A stretch of DNA of 64,000 nucleotides from Prochloron sp. SulCav_FS08_3_32_3330 (lineage in GTDB: Bacteria; Cyanobacteriota; Cyanobacteriia; Cyanobacteriales; DYNF01). How positions within the stretch are numbered: position 1 is the first letter of the stretch; every line of letters begins with the position of its first letter. Positions 19,718 through 28,875 of this stretch are shown one piece after another. The DNA is taken from NCBI GenBank assembly GCA_020721205.1, contig DYNF01000007.1:1241-65240 (forward strand). The letters are read 5' to 3'. Both the position numbers and the translations under genes were made by a program. The notes under the pieces are model-generated. The model saw only the letters and a list, made by a program, of their open reading frames with translations, made no database searches and was not told the origin of the DNA.

Positions 19718-20040
19718 GCAGGGCGTTTTCATTCTTTTTTTTCCAACGGGTTAAAACCCGTTGCTACCCAAACAAAACCCGTCTTCACGGGTTTCGAGAT
19801 TAAATATTAACTAATATTAAAAAAATTCAACCTGCGTAGGCAGGTTTTGCTTATGTAGCAACGGGTTTCAACCCGTTGCTTTTTGAGATCAGTTTTTTAG
19901 CTTGTTTTTGATATTAATTAATCAAAAATTATGAAAAAACGGATCAAAATTTAAAATTCAAGTCGCTTTAGCAGACTTTTGCTATTAGCTGTGAAATTTA
20001 TTTCAAAGCGGTTTTATTATTTATTCCTTTAACTTTGTTT
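19718..20040 (+). mobile_element. Four-hairpin MITE copy 2 fused to a rearranged variant-A-like tail
   Basis: The left terminal repeat starts directly after variant A's right duplication. The core ends near 19879. It is followed by a 'tttttagcttgtttttgatattaatta' module (also at 19451-19480) and an inverted copy of the 'gctttgaaat...caaagctaatagc' module. No right terminal repeat. Confidence 0.7.
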
Positions 20041-20048
20041 AATAAAAA

Positions 20049-22364
20049 TTAATAACATTTCATCACAGAATCAGGAAATTTTTGCTTTAAAAAATTAATA
20101 ATTGGACAGGGATCTTGTGTTTGTAAATTAGTTTTATCTTTCCCACGAAAAATACTCCAACTAAACGGTGCTTTGTTAGAAGCTGACATCCAAAGTAATT
20201 TTTTTGCCCTCGTCATTGCCACATAAAGTAAACGATAAGATTCTGCTTTTTGTAATAAAATTGCTTCTTGCCAAGCCTCATGAGGTAAGGGAATTTGTAC
20301 ATTATTATTATGCTCTAAATATTGACTATGTAAAACACTTCTAATCTGTACTCTTGCCACTTCAGCTAAAGTGAAATTACCCAAAAATTTAGTCGAATTT
20401 GGCACCCAAGGATCACCCGGAAGGGTTTTTTCATGCAAAAATGGCAAGAAAACATAATCCCAATCTAATCCTTTAGCTTTGTGCATAGTAATAATTGTTA
20501 GTTGTTTCGGACGCACATATTTATTTTCCGTTTCTTCTTCTACCCCTTCAAACTGTTCAGAATTAACAATTTCTGTTAAGGTAGAAATAATATTTTTTAA
20601 GGAACTTTTCCCGATAATTTGTTGATTAATTCTTTCCGATAATTTTTGAATTGTGGCTAATTCTGCCCCTTGACATTGTAAAGTCATACCCAAAAAAGAA
20701 ATTAATTGATAATGAGGTAATTCTAATCTCGCTTTGAGTAAATTACAACAATATTGACGGGCATTTTTAACCATTTCTTTTTGAGGGGGATCAAGAGGAG
20801 TTGGATATAAAAATATTTCGGGATTTGTTGCCAATAAATTTAAGTCTTGAGTAGCAATTAATTGACGAATTTCTAATACTTCTAAAGCGGATTTTAATAA
20901 CTCACAAGAATGGGGGCGATCAATAAATTGTAATAATTTTAAAATTTCTTCAGGAATATGAGAATGACGATCACTTTCACTAACTTCATAAACTTTAATC
21001 CCATATTCTTGATATAAATGACTCAATTCTTTAGCAATAAAACGTCCTTGACGATTTTCTCTTACTAAAATTGCCCCACTATGATCGGGATTATTTGTTA
21101 ATAATTCAATTACTCTTTTTTCCATTAATTTAACAGTATGAAATATATCTTCAGGAGTATAAATTTCTAAGCCTTTTCCTTCAGGATTAGGATTAGCATT
21201 AAGTTGAGGATCATTAATATCAACAGGCTGAATATTTTGACGACGAAAAGGATATTTATTTACCAATTTTTGAGCATTAAGTTGTTCCGTTTTATCCCAT
21301 ACATCACAAATCCAATTTAACATAAAATTAGAAGCCTCTAAAATAATTTGACTACTTCTTCCTGCTTGATCCATTGTTGCTAATTTACCTTGATTTTGAC
21401 AAGTTTCACAAAACCAATTAAAATACATAGGATCCGCAGGGGTAAAAGTAGAATTAATGGCTTGATTAGGGTCTCCTACTCTAACTAAATTACTTTCATT
21501 TTGGTCAAAATCCTGTGCCAAAATTGTAATTAATCTCTCTTGTAATGGGCTAGAATCTTGTGCTTCATCTTCAAAAACTGCAAATATTTGATGTTGCCAA
21601 ATTTGTCGAATTTCTGGATTTTCTAATACTTTTAATGCTCCTAAAATCATATCATCATAATCAATAAAATTATTCTCTTTCATCACTTTTTGATATTCTG
21701 CAAATAACCCGGCTGATACCGCTAAAATTTCATACTCATCCCTCGATTTTTCACTCATTTCCCATAAATTTTCGGGTAATAATCCTGAACTTTTTGCTTC
21801 CCTAATTACTTGATGAGCTAAATTTGGTAAAATTTCTGTTCTTAAAGCAGATTGACGACGTAATTTTTCTGTTTCTTCTCTATCAAATTTGTGTTTTTCT
21901 CCCTCTAATAATCTATTATATCTTTTTTTATCATTTAATATCCATTTTTCTACTGCTGTCCTCATAATTCTGTGACTAGGAGTAGGAATAACAAGGGTTG
22001 AATCTTGGGAATTTAAGCCGGATAACTCAGGATGACTATTAGCAATATTTAAAGCTAAACCGTGTAAAGTATTCACCATAAAGCCTCCGGGGGGATAGGA
22101 AAGCTCTTTTAATCTGTCTCTAATCTTACTTTTAATACTAGCGGCGGCAGAACGGGTATAAGTCACGATCAACAGTTGACGACGGGAATGTAGCTGATTT
22201 TTAATAATAGCGATCGCCGCCGCTACGGAGAGACTATGGGATTTTCCCGCCCCCGGCACGGCAGAAACCGCCATCTGACCGCCTTCCCATTCTGCTAAAC
22301 TTTTTTGTCCTGATCTGAGGCTTTGTTTAAGAGTTTTTAAATGAGGAATTACTGAGGCTATCAT
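20049..22364 (-). CDS. UvrD/Rep-family ATP-dependent DNA helicase
   Basis: 771 aa; motif I 'AVPGAGKSH', motif II 'FEDEAQD', 'TMHKAKGLDWDYVFLP', 'LLYVAMTRAKKLL'. Confidence 0.8.
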   Translation of the reverse strand: MIASVIPHLKTLKQSLRSGQKSLAEWEGGQMAVSAVPGAGKSHSLSVAAAIAIIKNQLHSRRQLLIVTYTRSAAASIKSKIRDRLKELSYPPGGFMVNTLHGLALNIANSHPELSGLNSQDSTLVIPTPSHRIMRTAVEKWILNDKKRYNRLLEGEKHKFDREETEKLRRQSALRTEILPNLAHQVIREAKSSGLLPENLWEMSEKSRDEYEILAVSAGLFAEYQKVMKENNFIDYDDMILGALKVLENPEIRQIWQHQIFAVFEDEAQDSSPLQERLITILAQDFDQNESNLVRVGDPNQAINSTFTPADPMYFNWFCETCQNQGKLATMDQAGRSSQIILEASNFMLNWICDVWDKTEQLNAQKLVNKYPFRRQNIQPVDINDPQLNANPNPEGKGLEIYTPEDIFHTVKLMEKRVIELLTNNPDHSGAILVRENRQGRFIAKELSHLYQEYGIKVYEVSESDRHSHIPEEILKLLQFIDRPHSCELLKSALEVLEIRQLIATQDLNLLATNPEIFLYPTPLDPPQKEMVKNARQYCCNLLKARLELPHYQLISFLGMTLQCQGAELATIQKLSERINQQIIGKSSLKNIISTLTEIVNSEQFEGVEEETENKYVRPKQLTIITMHKAKGLDWDYVFLPFLHEKTLPGDPWVPNSTKFLGNFTLAEVARVQIRSVLHSQYLEHNNNVQIPLPHEAWQEAILLQKAESYRLLYVAMTRAKKLLWMSASNKAPFSWSIFRGKDKTNLQTQDPCPIINFLKQKFPDSVMKCY

Positions 22365-22490
22365 TATTAGTGGGTTTTTGATTTATAATTAAGATTAATT
22401 TAACATTTTAAAGATTATGATCAATTTATTACGAAAGATTGTGTAAAAATGTAAGTAGTTATAATATTTATTTGATCGTTTTAAGGTAAT

Positions 22491-22547
22491 GGTTTGTTGT
22501 TGTGCTTTAGCACCACCGATTAATAGTGCTAAAGTGCAACAACGAAC
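22491..22547. repeat. Inverted pair of REP-like units forming a long hairpin
   Basis: ggtttgttgttgtgctttagcaccac ... tagtgctaaagtgcaacaacgaac. Confidence 0.8.
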
Positions 22548-22558
22548 TTTTGATTTAT

Positions 22559-23587
22559 TTATTGATCAAATTTTACATAAATTTTTTGGGCATCATAAAG
22601 ATGACAATTATTAATGATATTTTTCATTAAATCCCAAGAAAAATTACATTCTTGATAGAGATAATCTTGCCAATTTTCTTTGATACTTTGATGAGCAGAA
22701 CGTAAATTATACCAAGGGATTCCTGGTGAAAGATGATGGGGTACATGAACATTAATATCATGACACATAATTTCTACCCAACGAGGATAATTACAATGTA
22801 CACTTCCTCTAAGTTGTGCTTCTACTTCATTCCATTTGTCTTCCGTTTTAAAGGGAATATCGGGCATGGTGTGATGAATAAGGGTAAAGGTACTCATCCA
22901 AAAGTGATAACATAACCAAGGTAATACCCAAAATTTGACAAAGCCCCAAATTCCTGTATAAAAGATTAGGAGGGGGAAGAAGATTACGGCAAAAGCAATA
23001 ACGGCAAAAATCGAAAATTTAACTCGATCGCGCTGTTTTCCTTCAAATTGTTGCCAATTGAAATGAAACATTGCCCAATGTCCGATCGAGCCTAACCACC
23101 AAAAGTTACCACGAATTTCACGATTTACGAATTTCATAAAAGGAGAACATTGGGCGTAAAATTCTGGAGTTAAAGCGTCCCAAGCGTTATCAATACCGAG
23201 TTTATTGGTATGTTTATGATGGTGATCATGATGATATCGCCAAGCATGAAAAGGATAAATTAAGGGTAGTAAAAGTAACTGTCCTAAGGTATTATTTAGC
23301 CAATTGTTATTAGAGAAAGAGCGATGTCCACAGTCATGGGCGATCACAAATAAACCTGTTAAAGCTGTGCCTGTAAAAAACCAGAAAAAGGGAAGTAAAT
23401 ATTCTGGTGCGATCGCAATACCAATATATCCTAAAATTACACAAGTAAGACTAAAAACAAGAGTAGACCACGCTTTGAAGGAATTTTTGACAAATACTTC
23501 TGGGGGCAAAGTTTTTATTACATCTTTGAGGCGTAAATTTTGATCTATAGATAAGGGGGGTTTTTCTTGAGAAATAGATAAATTCAT
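22559..23587 (-). CDS. Membrane acyl-lipid fatty-acid desaturase (DesA/DesB type)
   Basis: 342 aa; three His boxes 'HDCGH', 'HHDHHH', 'HVPHH'; hydrophobic spans. Regiospecificity not determinable by eye. Confidence 0.8.
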   Translation of the reverse strand: MNLSISQEKPPLSIDQNLRLKDVIKTLPPEVFVKNSFKAWSTLVFSLTCVILGYIGIAIAPEYLLPFFWFFTGTALTGLFVIAHDCGHRSFSNNNWLNNTLGQLLLLPLIYPFHAWRYHHDHHHKHTNKLGIDNAWDALTPEFYAQCSPFMKFVNREIRGNFWWLGSIGHWAMFHFNWQQFEGKQRDRVKFSIFAVIAFAVIFFPLLIFYTGIWGFVKFWVLPWLCYHFWMSTFTLIHHTMPDIPFKTEDKWNEVEAQLRGSVHCNYPRWVEIMCHDINVHVPHHLSPGIPWYNLRSAHQSIKENWQDYLYQECNFSWDLMKNIINNCHLYDAQKIYVKFDQ

Positions 23588-23835
23588 GAAAAATGATAAA
23601 ATGATAAAAAGGGCTATAACTTTGGACTAGGTAACTTAAGATAGAAGAAAATACCAAAATTGTTGAGTTAATTTTAATAAATCCCCATTTGACTTAATTA
23701 AATCATAAGCTAATTTTATCAATAAATCAAGATATTTTTAGTCAAAATTTTTCTTTCTTTTTTTAAGATTTTTTGTTAACTAAACTTTATTTATGATCAA
23801 AGTTTATATTTTTTTACTATTATTAATCATTTATT

Positions 23836-25248
23836 GTGTCTAATTATTCTTTCTTTGATTATCAAGAGAAATCTGTAAATTTTGCTAGTCCAAAAATTTG
23901 GACTTTATTACAAATAGCCATTTTTGTGTTACCAATTATTCCAGCATTGGGAACTATTTTAATTTTTATTGTTACTATTTCCACATGGATTAAATATAGC
24001 AAAATAGCCTGTCAAAGTATTTTAAATAAGCTTTTAGGTATTTTAACTTTATGGTTAATTTTCACTGCTTTTTTAGCACCTTATCCGGGGGAAGCTTTCT
24101 TAGGTTTAGCTAATTATTTACCTTTCTTTTTGGCATTTTCTTCTATTCATTTATTATTTAATAATCCTAGTCAACTAAGACAAATTGCATGGTTAATTGT
24201 AATTTCTTCTTTTTTAGTTGTTATTTTAGGTTTGGGACAATTATTTTTAAATTGGCATATTCCCTATATTTTAGGCTGGGATTTAGTAACAGGAGGAGTG
24301 CCAAAAGGAAGGATGAACTCTGTCTTTATTTATGCTAATTTTTTAGCTATTTATTTACAAATTGTTTTGATTTTAGGGTTAGGATTAGGGTTAGAATTTT
24401 ATCAAAATTTACGAGAGAAAAAACCCGTTTTCAAATCTCTTTTTGATCCTCATTTCCCTTTTCTCTTTACAGAAAGAATTAAAAATAAATCTAATAATAC
24501 TGTATCCCCTAATCAAAACGTCTCAGAACAGCTTATTTTTAAGCTTAATTCTTATCAAAATCAAGTTTTTGGCTTTTTAATCCTAACTTTAATTTTAGAT
24601 AGTATAGGCTTAATTTTAACCAGTTCTCGTAATAGTTGGTTAATCAGTTTTATCGCCGTAATTTGCTTTTTATTTAATCGAGGTTGGCATAAAATAATTT
24701 TAGCATTAAGTACCATGATTTTAACTATTATTTGGTCAGCGATCGGGGCTGATCCTGTGAAAACATGGTTAAGACAAATAATTCCTATGTCTATTTGGGG
24801 GAGACTTTCCGATGAAATTTATCCCGATCGCACGGTAGAAAGTTTAAGAATAACTCAATGGAAATTTACGATAGAATTAATCAAAAAACATCCTTTAACG
24901 GGTTGGGGATTGCGTAATTTTACGCCTCTTTATGAAGAAAAATGGAATTTATGGTTGGGGCATCCCCACAATTTATTTTTAATGTTTACGGCGGAAACTG
25001 GTTTTATCGGAATGATTTTATTAGGAAGTTTTGTGGGTTTAATTCTCTCCAAAAATATGTTATTATTAAAACAATTATCCATAAAACATCAAGATCATTT
25101 AATCATTTTTACTTATATAATTGCTTTTGGAAGTTGTATATTATTTAATTGTTTTGATGTCAGTTTATTTGATTTAAGAGTAAATATTTTAACATGGATT
25201 TTATTATTTGCTTTAGGGGGAATTACCAAATTTTTAAAATTAAAATAA
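23836..25248 (+). CDS. O-antigen ligase (Wzy_C) domain membrane protein, IctB-like
   Basis: 470 aa, highly polytopic; 'TSSRNSWL' loop typical of Wzy_C proteins. Size and architecture like cyanobacterial IctB. GTG start. Confidence 0.55.
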   Translation: MSNYSFFDYQEKSVNFASPKIWTLLQIAIFVLPIIPALGTILIFIVTISTWIKYSKIACQSILNKLLGILTLWLIFTAFLAPYPGEAFLGLANYLPFFLAFSSIHLLFNNPSQLRQIAWLIVISSFLVVILGLGQLFLNWHIPYILGWDLVTGGVPKGRMNSVFIYANFLAIYLQIVLILGLGLGLEFYQNLREKKPVFKSLFDPHFPFLFTERIKNKSNNTVSPNQNVSEQLIFKLNSYQNQVFGFLILTLILDSIGLILTSSRNSWLISFIAVICFLFNRGWHKIILALSTMILTIIWSAIGADPVKTWLRQIIPMSIWGRLSDEIYPDRTVESLRITQWKFTIELIKKHPLTGWGLRNFTPLYEEKWNLWLGHPHNLFLMFTAETGFIGMILLGSFVGLILSKNMLLLKQLSIKHQDHLIIFTYIIAFGSCILFNCFDVSLFDLRVNILTWILLFALGGITKFLKLK

Positions 25249-25250
25249 TA

Positions 25251-25276
25251 GGCTCGATGTGGGGCTTTAGCACCAT
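25251..25276. repeat. Single degenerate REP-like unit
   Basis: ggctcgatgtggggctttagcaccat. Confidence 0.5.
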
Positions 25277-25304
25277 AAAATCATTTAAGTAAAAAGGGGA
25301 TTAA

Positions 25305-25598
25305 TTAATTCAATATAATATCTTCACTTTTAATACCTGCTTTAATCAGAGAATAGGTTAAACCTTCTTCAAAATTATCCTCCTCAATCACAATTTTACT
25401 ATTATCAACTAAACGGGCATGAAATAAAATATTATTAATCCATTTTTTTTGATCAATACCTGTAGCTAAAACCAAAAAATTACCTGAATCACTATCACAA
25501 ACAGGATAAATTTTAATAGTTTGTAAACTAGGTTGATTCAAAGTAGCTTCTTGCAATGTTTTTTTTATAATTTCTGTGTAATTTAATGAGTTAGCCAT
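25305..25598 (-). CDS. xisI: XisI-family protein
   Basis: 97 aa, overlapping the stop of the XisH ORF by 16 nt. Sequence pattern and pairing typical of XisI. Confidence 0.7.
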   Translation of the reverse strand: MANSLNYTEIIKKTLQEATLNQPSLQTIKIYPVCDSDSGNFLVLATGIDQKKWINNILFHARLVDNSKIVIEEDNFEEGLTYSLIKAGIKSEDIILN

Positions 25599-26002
25599 TG
25601 TGTAATAACCTCCTGTTCAGGTTCATAAACTAATAAATTAATTTTAGTACGGGTGAGTGCTAATTGAAAAATGGGTTTTTGAAAGTGTCTGATATAAATA
25701 TCTTGATTGATGGCTAAAAATAGTTGACGTTCAGGCTCTTGTGTTTCTAAAGCCCATTGATAAAGTTGAATTTGTCCCATAGTTTTTTCCAGTTCACTAA
25801 TGACAGATGGACTATCAAAATCTTTAATTTCTACTGCGATTTTACGTCCTTCTTTCTCAGCTATAAAAAATTTTTCAGCCCCCAGATCTGCCCTTAAAAG
25901 TGTTTCTTCTAGGATTAAAATTAAAGGATCATTAGTAATTTTCCAGCCATCTTTTTCCAGTGTGCGACACAGGGAATAATGTAAATTATCTCGCCTAGAC
26001 AT
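25583..26002 (-). CDS. xisH: XisH-family protein
   Basis: 139 aa; N-terminal 'RRDNLHYSLCRTLEKDGWKITNDPL' closely follows the XisH consensus as I recall it. Confidence 0.75.
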   Translation of the reverse strand: MSRRDNLHYSLCRTLEKDGWKITNDPLILILEETLLRADLGAEKFFIAEKEGRKIAVEIKDFDSPSVISELEKTMGQIQLYQWALETQEPERQLFLAINQDIYIRHFQKPIFQLALTRTKINLLVYEPEQEVITQWLTH

Positions 26003-26183
26003 AATTAATATAATAAAATTGTCAAAAAGAACTTATCTTGATTATATCATCAAAAGTTACTCAACTTTGCTATAATATAATTGAAAAATATTTTACCTCA
26101 AGTATAAAAATATCCACAGGAACAAAATTTATGTTAAAAATAGATTTAGAAACTATCTAAACTTTAAATAAGGAGAAATAATT

Positions 26184-26435
26184 ATGCTTAATATTCAACA
26201 AAAAATTAATCAAACAATGGAAAAATTATCCAATAATGAATTACAACAAGTTTTTGATTTTGTTTTACAATTAAAAAACGACAAGAATCAAATAAATTCG
26301 GAAATAACAGATAATAATAATTTAGATATGATCAAAAATGTTGATGGAGTTTTAGTTATTAAAAGTAGTAAAAATAAGCAACTATTGACTATAGAAGAAA
26401 TTAACAACATGAATCCCAAAAGTCGGGGATTTTGA
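26184..26435 (+). CDS. Hypothetical small protein (DUF2281-like N-terminus?)
   Basis: 83-aa ORF preceded by 'aaggag'. 'LSNNELQQVFDFVLQLK' resembles antitoxin-like DUF2281. No partner gene seen. Confidence 0.3.
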   Translation: MLNIQQKINQTMEKLSNNELQQVFDFVLQLKNDKNQINSEITDNNNLDMIKNVDGVLVIKSSKNKQLLTIEEINNMNPKSRGF

Positions 26436-26450
26436 AAATCCCTGACTTTT
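26418..26450 (+). terminator. Hairpin plus T-run terminator
   Basis: aaaagtcgggga-tttt-gaaaa-tccctgactttt overlapping the stop codon. The same 'agtcggggatttt' arm recurs at 62.5 kb. Confidence 0.55.
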
Positions 26451-26467
26451 AAATAATCATTTACATT

Positions 26468-26738
26468 GACTGCTCCCCGACCTAAAGGTACGGGGATTCA
26501 GATTTAGTAATTACTTACTAAAACCTACTCTCTTACGAGGTTTACTAGGCTGAGCGTGAAACCACTACTCATATATCCATCTGGGAAACCCAGACACCTT
26601 GCCGATTCAAGGTTAGTCGTCACTTCGTCGGGGACTCCGACTAGGTAGCATATTTGCTACTCTTTCATTCTAACACAAAGCCGTCCTAGAAGGCGATGCA
26701 CAGAAGCTCCTCGAAGTGACGGGGTTTTAAACCCATTT
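26468..26738. ncRNA. Candidate structured RNA of unknown class (strand unresolved)
   Basis: Visibly GC-richer ~270-nt stretch with no ORF in a convergent intergenic gap. At least 6 local hairpins (26475-26495, 26580-26594, 26597-26612, 26627-26641, 26646-26661, and ttagtaa..ttactaa near 26505-26522). A 10-bp long-range helix pairs cgtcacttcg (26618-26627) with cgaagtgacg (26712-26721). Confidence 0.35.
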
Positions 26739-26764
26739 TTTCTGATAATCAAGATTATTAATCT

Positions 26765-28378
26765 TTAAAAACCAGAACCCACAGGCGCACTAGAATTTAA
26801 TTTTAAATCAGGATGATCTGATCTTACTTGGTTTAAATTCCACTCATTTTTAAACAATAAAACAGGGCGATCCCAGTTATCTTTTACCGTTAAAGTATTA
26901 AATAATTTACCCACTTTATCTAATACTTCCCAACCTCCGGCGACCCAACGTGCTACACTGTAACCTAAAGGCTCTAAGGTGGTTTCAACTCCATATTCGT
27001 TTAACATCCGAAATTGTACTACATCAAATTGTAACTGCCCTACGGCGGCTAAAATAGGCTCTCTTTTAAAATCATTAGTAGAATACATAATTTGAATTGC
27101 TCCTTCCTCTCTTAACTCAGTAATTCCTTTTTGAAATTGTTTAAATTTAGAAGGATTCGGATTTTTTAGATAGGCAAATATTTCCGGTGAAAAACAGGGA
27201 ATACCCTCATATTCTAATTTTTGTCCTTGATAAATTGTATCCCCGATCGCAAATACCCCCGGATTATTTAAACCGATCACATCCCCCGGATAAGCTTCCT
27301 CAATAGATTCCCGCCCTTGAGCGAATAACTTTTGTGGACGAGATAAACGAACCGTTTTACCTGTGCGCGCATGGGAAACACTCATATCTTTCTCAAATTT
27401 ACCTGTGCATATCCTCACAAAAGCTACTCTATCTCGGTGTTTAGGGTCCATATTAGCTTGTAATTTAAAGACAAAACCACTAAAATCGGGAGTAGTAGGA
27501 GGTAATTTACCAAGAGAGGATAAGCGAGGCTCAGGTTTTAAAGCATAATCTAAAAAGGTTTTTAAGAATAATTCTACGCCAAAATTAGTCATTGCACTCC
27601 CAAAAAATACCGGAGTCATTTGTCCTTGATGGATTAATTCTAAATCAAAATCCTCACCTATTTCATCTAAAATTTCTAATTCCTCTTTCAACTGTTCATA
27701 AAGCTCAGTGTCTAAATATTGTTCAAGTTTCGGATTATTCAGAGTTAACACCGTATCCAGAGCCTCTTGTGAGCCATGCGCTTGACGTTCAAATAGATGA
27801 ATTTCCTTTTCACGACGGTCAAAAATCCCTTTAAAGCGATCGCCTGAACCAATTGCCCAATTAATAGGGTAGGTTTTTAAGCCTAATTCCTGTTCAATTT
27901 CATCTAATAATTCCAGAGGATGTCGTCCGGGACGATCCATTTTATTAATAAAAGTAAAAATAGGTAAACCCCGCAGTTGACAGACTTCAAACAGTTTTCT
28001 TGTTTGAGTTTCTAACCCTTTAGCTGAGTCAATTAACATTACCGCATTATCCGCCGCCGCTAAAGTACGGTAAGTATCCTCACTAAAATCTTGGTGTCCG
28101 GGAGTATCTAATAAATTAATTTGAAAATTATTATATTCAAATTGTAAAACAGTAGAGGTAATTGAGATGCCCCTCTGTTTTTCCATTTCCATCCAATCAG
28201 AAGTCGCTTTACGTTGATCACGCCTAGCTTTAACAGCCCCTGCTTGATGAATCGCCCCTCCATAAAGTAACAATTTTTCCGTTAAAGTAGTTTTTCCCGC
28301 ATCGGGGTGAGAAATAATCGCAAAATTACGACGACAACTAACGGCAGTTTCTAATTCATTTAAAAGTTCTAGGTACAT
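26765..28378 (-). CDS. prfC: Peptide chain release factor 3
   Basis: 537 aa; '[22 protein letters not shown]', 'DTPGHQDF', 'NKMDR' GTPase motifs and RF3 length. Confidence 0.92.
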   Translation of the reverse strand: MYLELLNELETAVSCRRNFAIISHPDAGKTTLTEKLLLYGGAIHQAGAVKARRDQRKATSDWMEMEKQRGISITSTVLQFEYNNFQINLLDTPGHQDFSEDTYRTLAAADNAVMLIDSAKGLETQTRKLFEVCQLRGLPIFTFINKMDRPGRHPLELLDEIEQELGLKTYPINWAIGSGDRFKGIFDRREKEIHLFERQAHGSQEALDTVLTLNNPKLEQYLDTELYEQLKEELEILDEIGEDFDLELIHQGQMTPVFFGSAMTNFGVELFLKTFLDYALKPEPRLSSLGKLPPTTPDFSGFVFKLQANMDPKHRDRVAFVRICTGKFEKDMSVSHARTGKTVRLSRPQKLFAQGRESIEEAYPGDVIGLNNPGVFAIGDTIYQGQKLEYEGIPCFSPEIFAYLKNPNPSKFKQFQKGITELREEGAIQIMYSTNDFKREPILAAVGQLQFDVVQFRMLNEYGVETTLEPLGYSVARWVAGGWEVLDKVGKLFNTLTVKDNWDRPVLLFKNEWNLNQVRSDHPDLKLNSSAPVGSGF

Positions 28379-28628
28379 GATTTACTGAAAAAAATAGAGA
28401 TGTGAATTAACTCATCTCTATTTAACATCAAAACTGTCTTAATAGCAAAAAGCTCTATATATTGATCACAATAGTTAAGAAATTCATAAATATCTTCACG
28501 TTTTACTTTCATTTTCGACTTTCCCAATATTTTGTATTTTTTATTTCTAAAGTAGCTAGGCGCAATTAAATATAAAACAATTGTAGGATATGCCCTGCCC
28601 CGAATGGTTTTATGGTAATTCTTTTAAG

Positions 28629-28829
28629 CTTTTGTAGCAGGGCGTTTTCATTCTTTTTTTTTCAACGGGTTAAAACCCGTTGCTACCCAAACAAAACCCG
28701 TCTTCACGGGTTTTCTGATTAAATATTAACTAATATTAAAAAATTAAACCTGCGTAGGCAGGTTTTGTTTATGTAGCAAGGGGTTTCAACCCTTTGCCTC
28801 CCGAGAATGAAAACGCCCTGCTTTTGTAG
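28629..28829 (+). mobile_element. Four-hairpin MITE copy 3 (complete, with target-site duplication)
   Basis: Perfect 16-bp terminal repeats cagggcgttttcattc (28638-28653) / gaatgaaaacgccctg (28805-28820), flanked by the 9-bp direct repeat cttttgtag (28629-28637, 28821-28829). Confidence 0.9.
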
Positions 28830-28875
28830 GGCAGGGCATACCGATCATTTAATTATGCCGACTTACTTAATTATT

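Noticed and set aside
22733-23657. ORFs overlapping the desaturase gene (22733-22915, 23304-23543, 23451-23657)
   Set aside because: They are antisense to or out of frame with a gene carrying three intact His boxes. They are shadow ORFs.
24942-25148. Small overlapping ORFs 24942-25148, 45209-45436, 46825-47022, 59816-60067, 61769-61963 and 62806-63003
   Set aside because: Each lies inside a longer, better-supported gene in another frame or on the other strand.
26468-26738. tmRNA, RNase P RNA, SRP RNA, 6S RNA or hammerhead identity for the structured block
   Set aside because: The hallmark motifs I checked by eye are absent: tRNA-like termini/UCCACCA, GAGGAAAGUCCGGGCU, the SRP GGAA/AGCA loop and the CUGAUGA core. 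The length does not fit 6S RNA. It is kept only as an unassigned candidate.
27363-27834. ORFs antisense to prfC (27363-27548, 27592-27834), and those within GH116 (41258-41524, 41702-41923)
   Set aside because: They are contained in long, motif-supported genes on the opposite strand.
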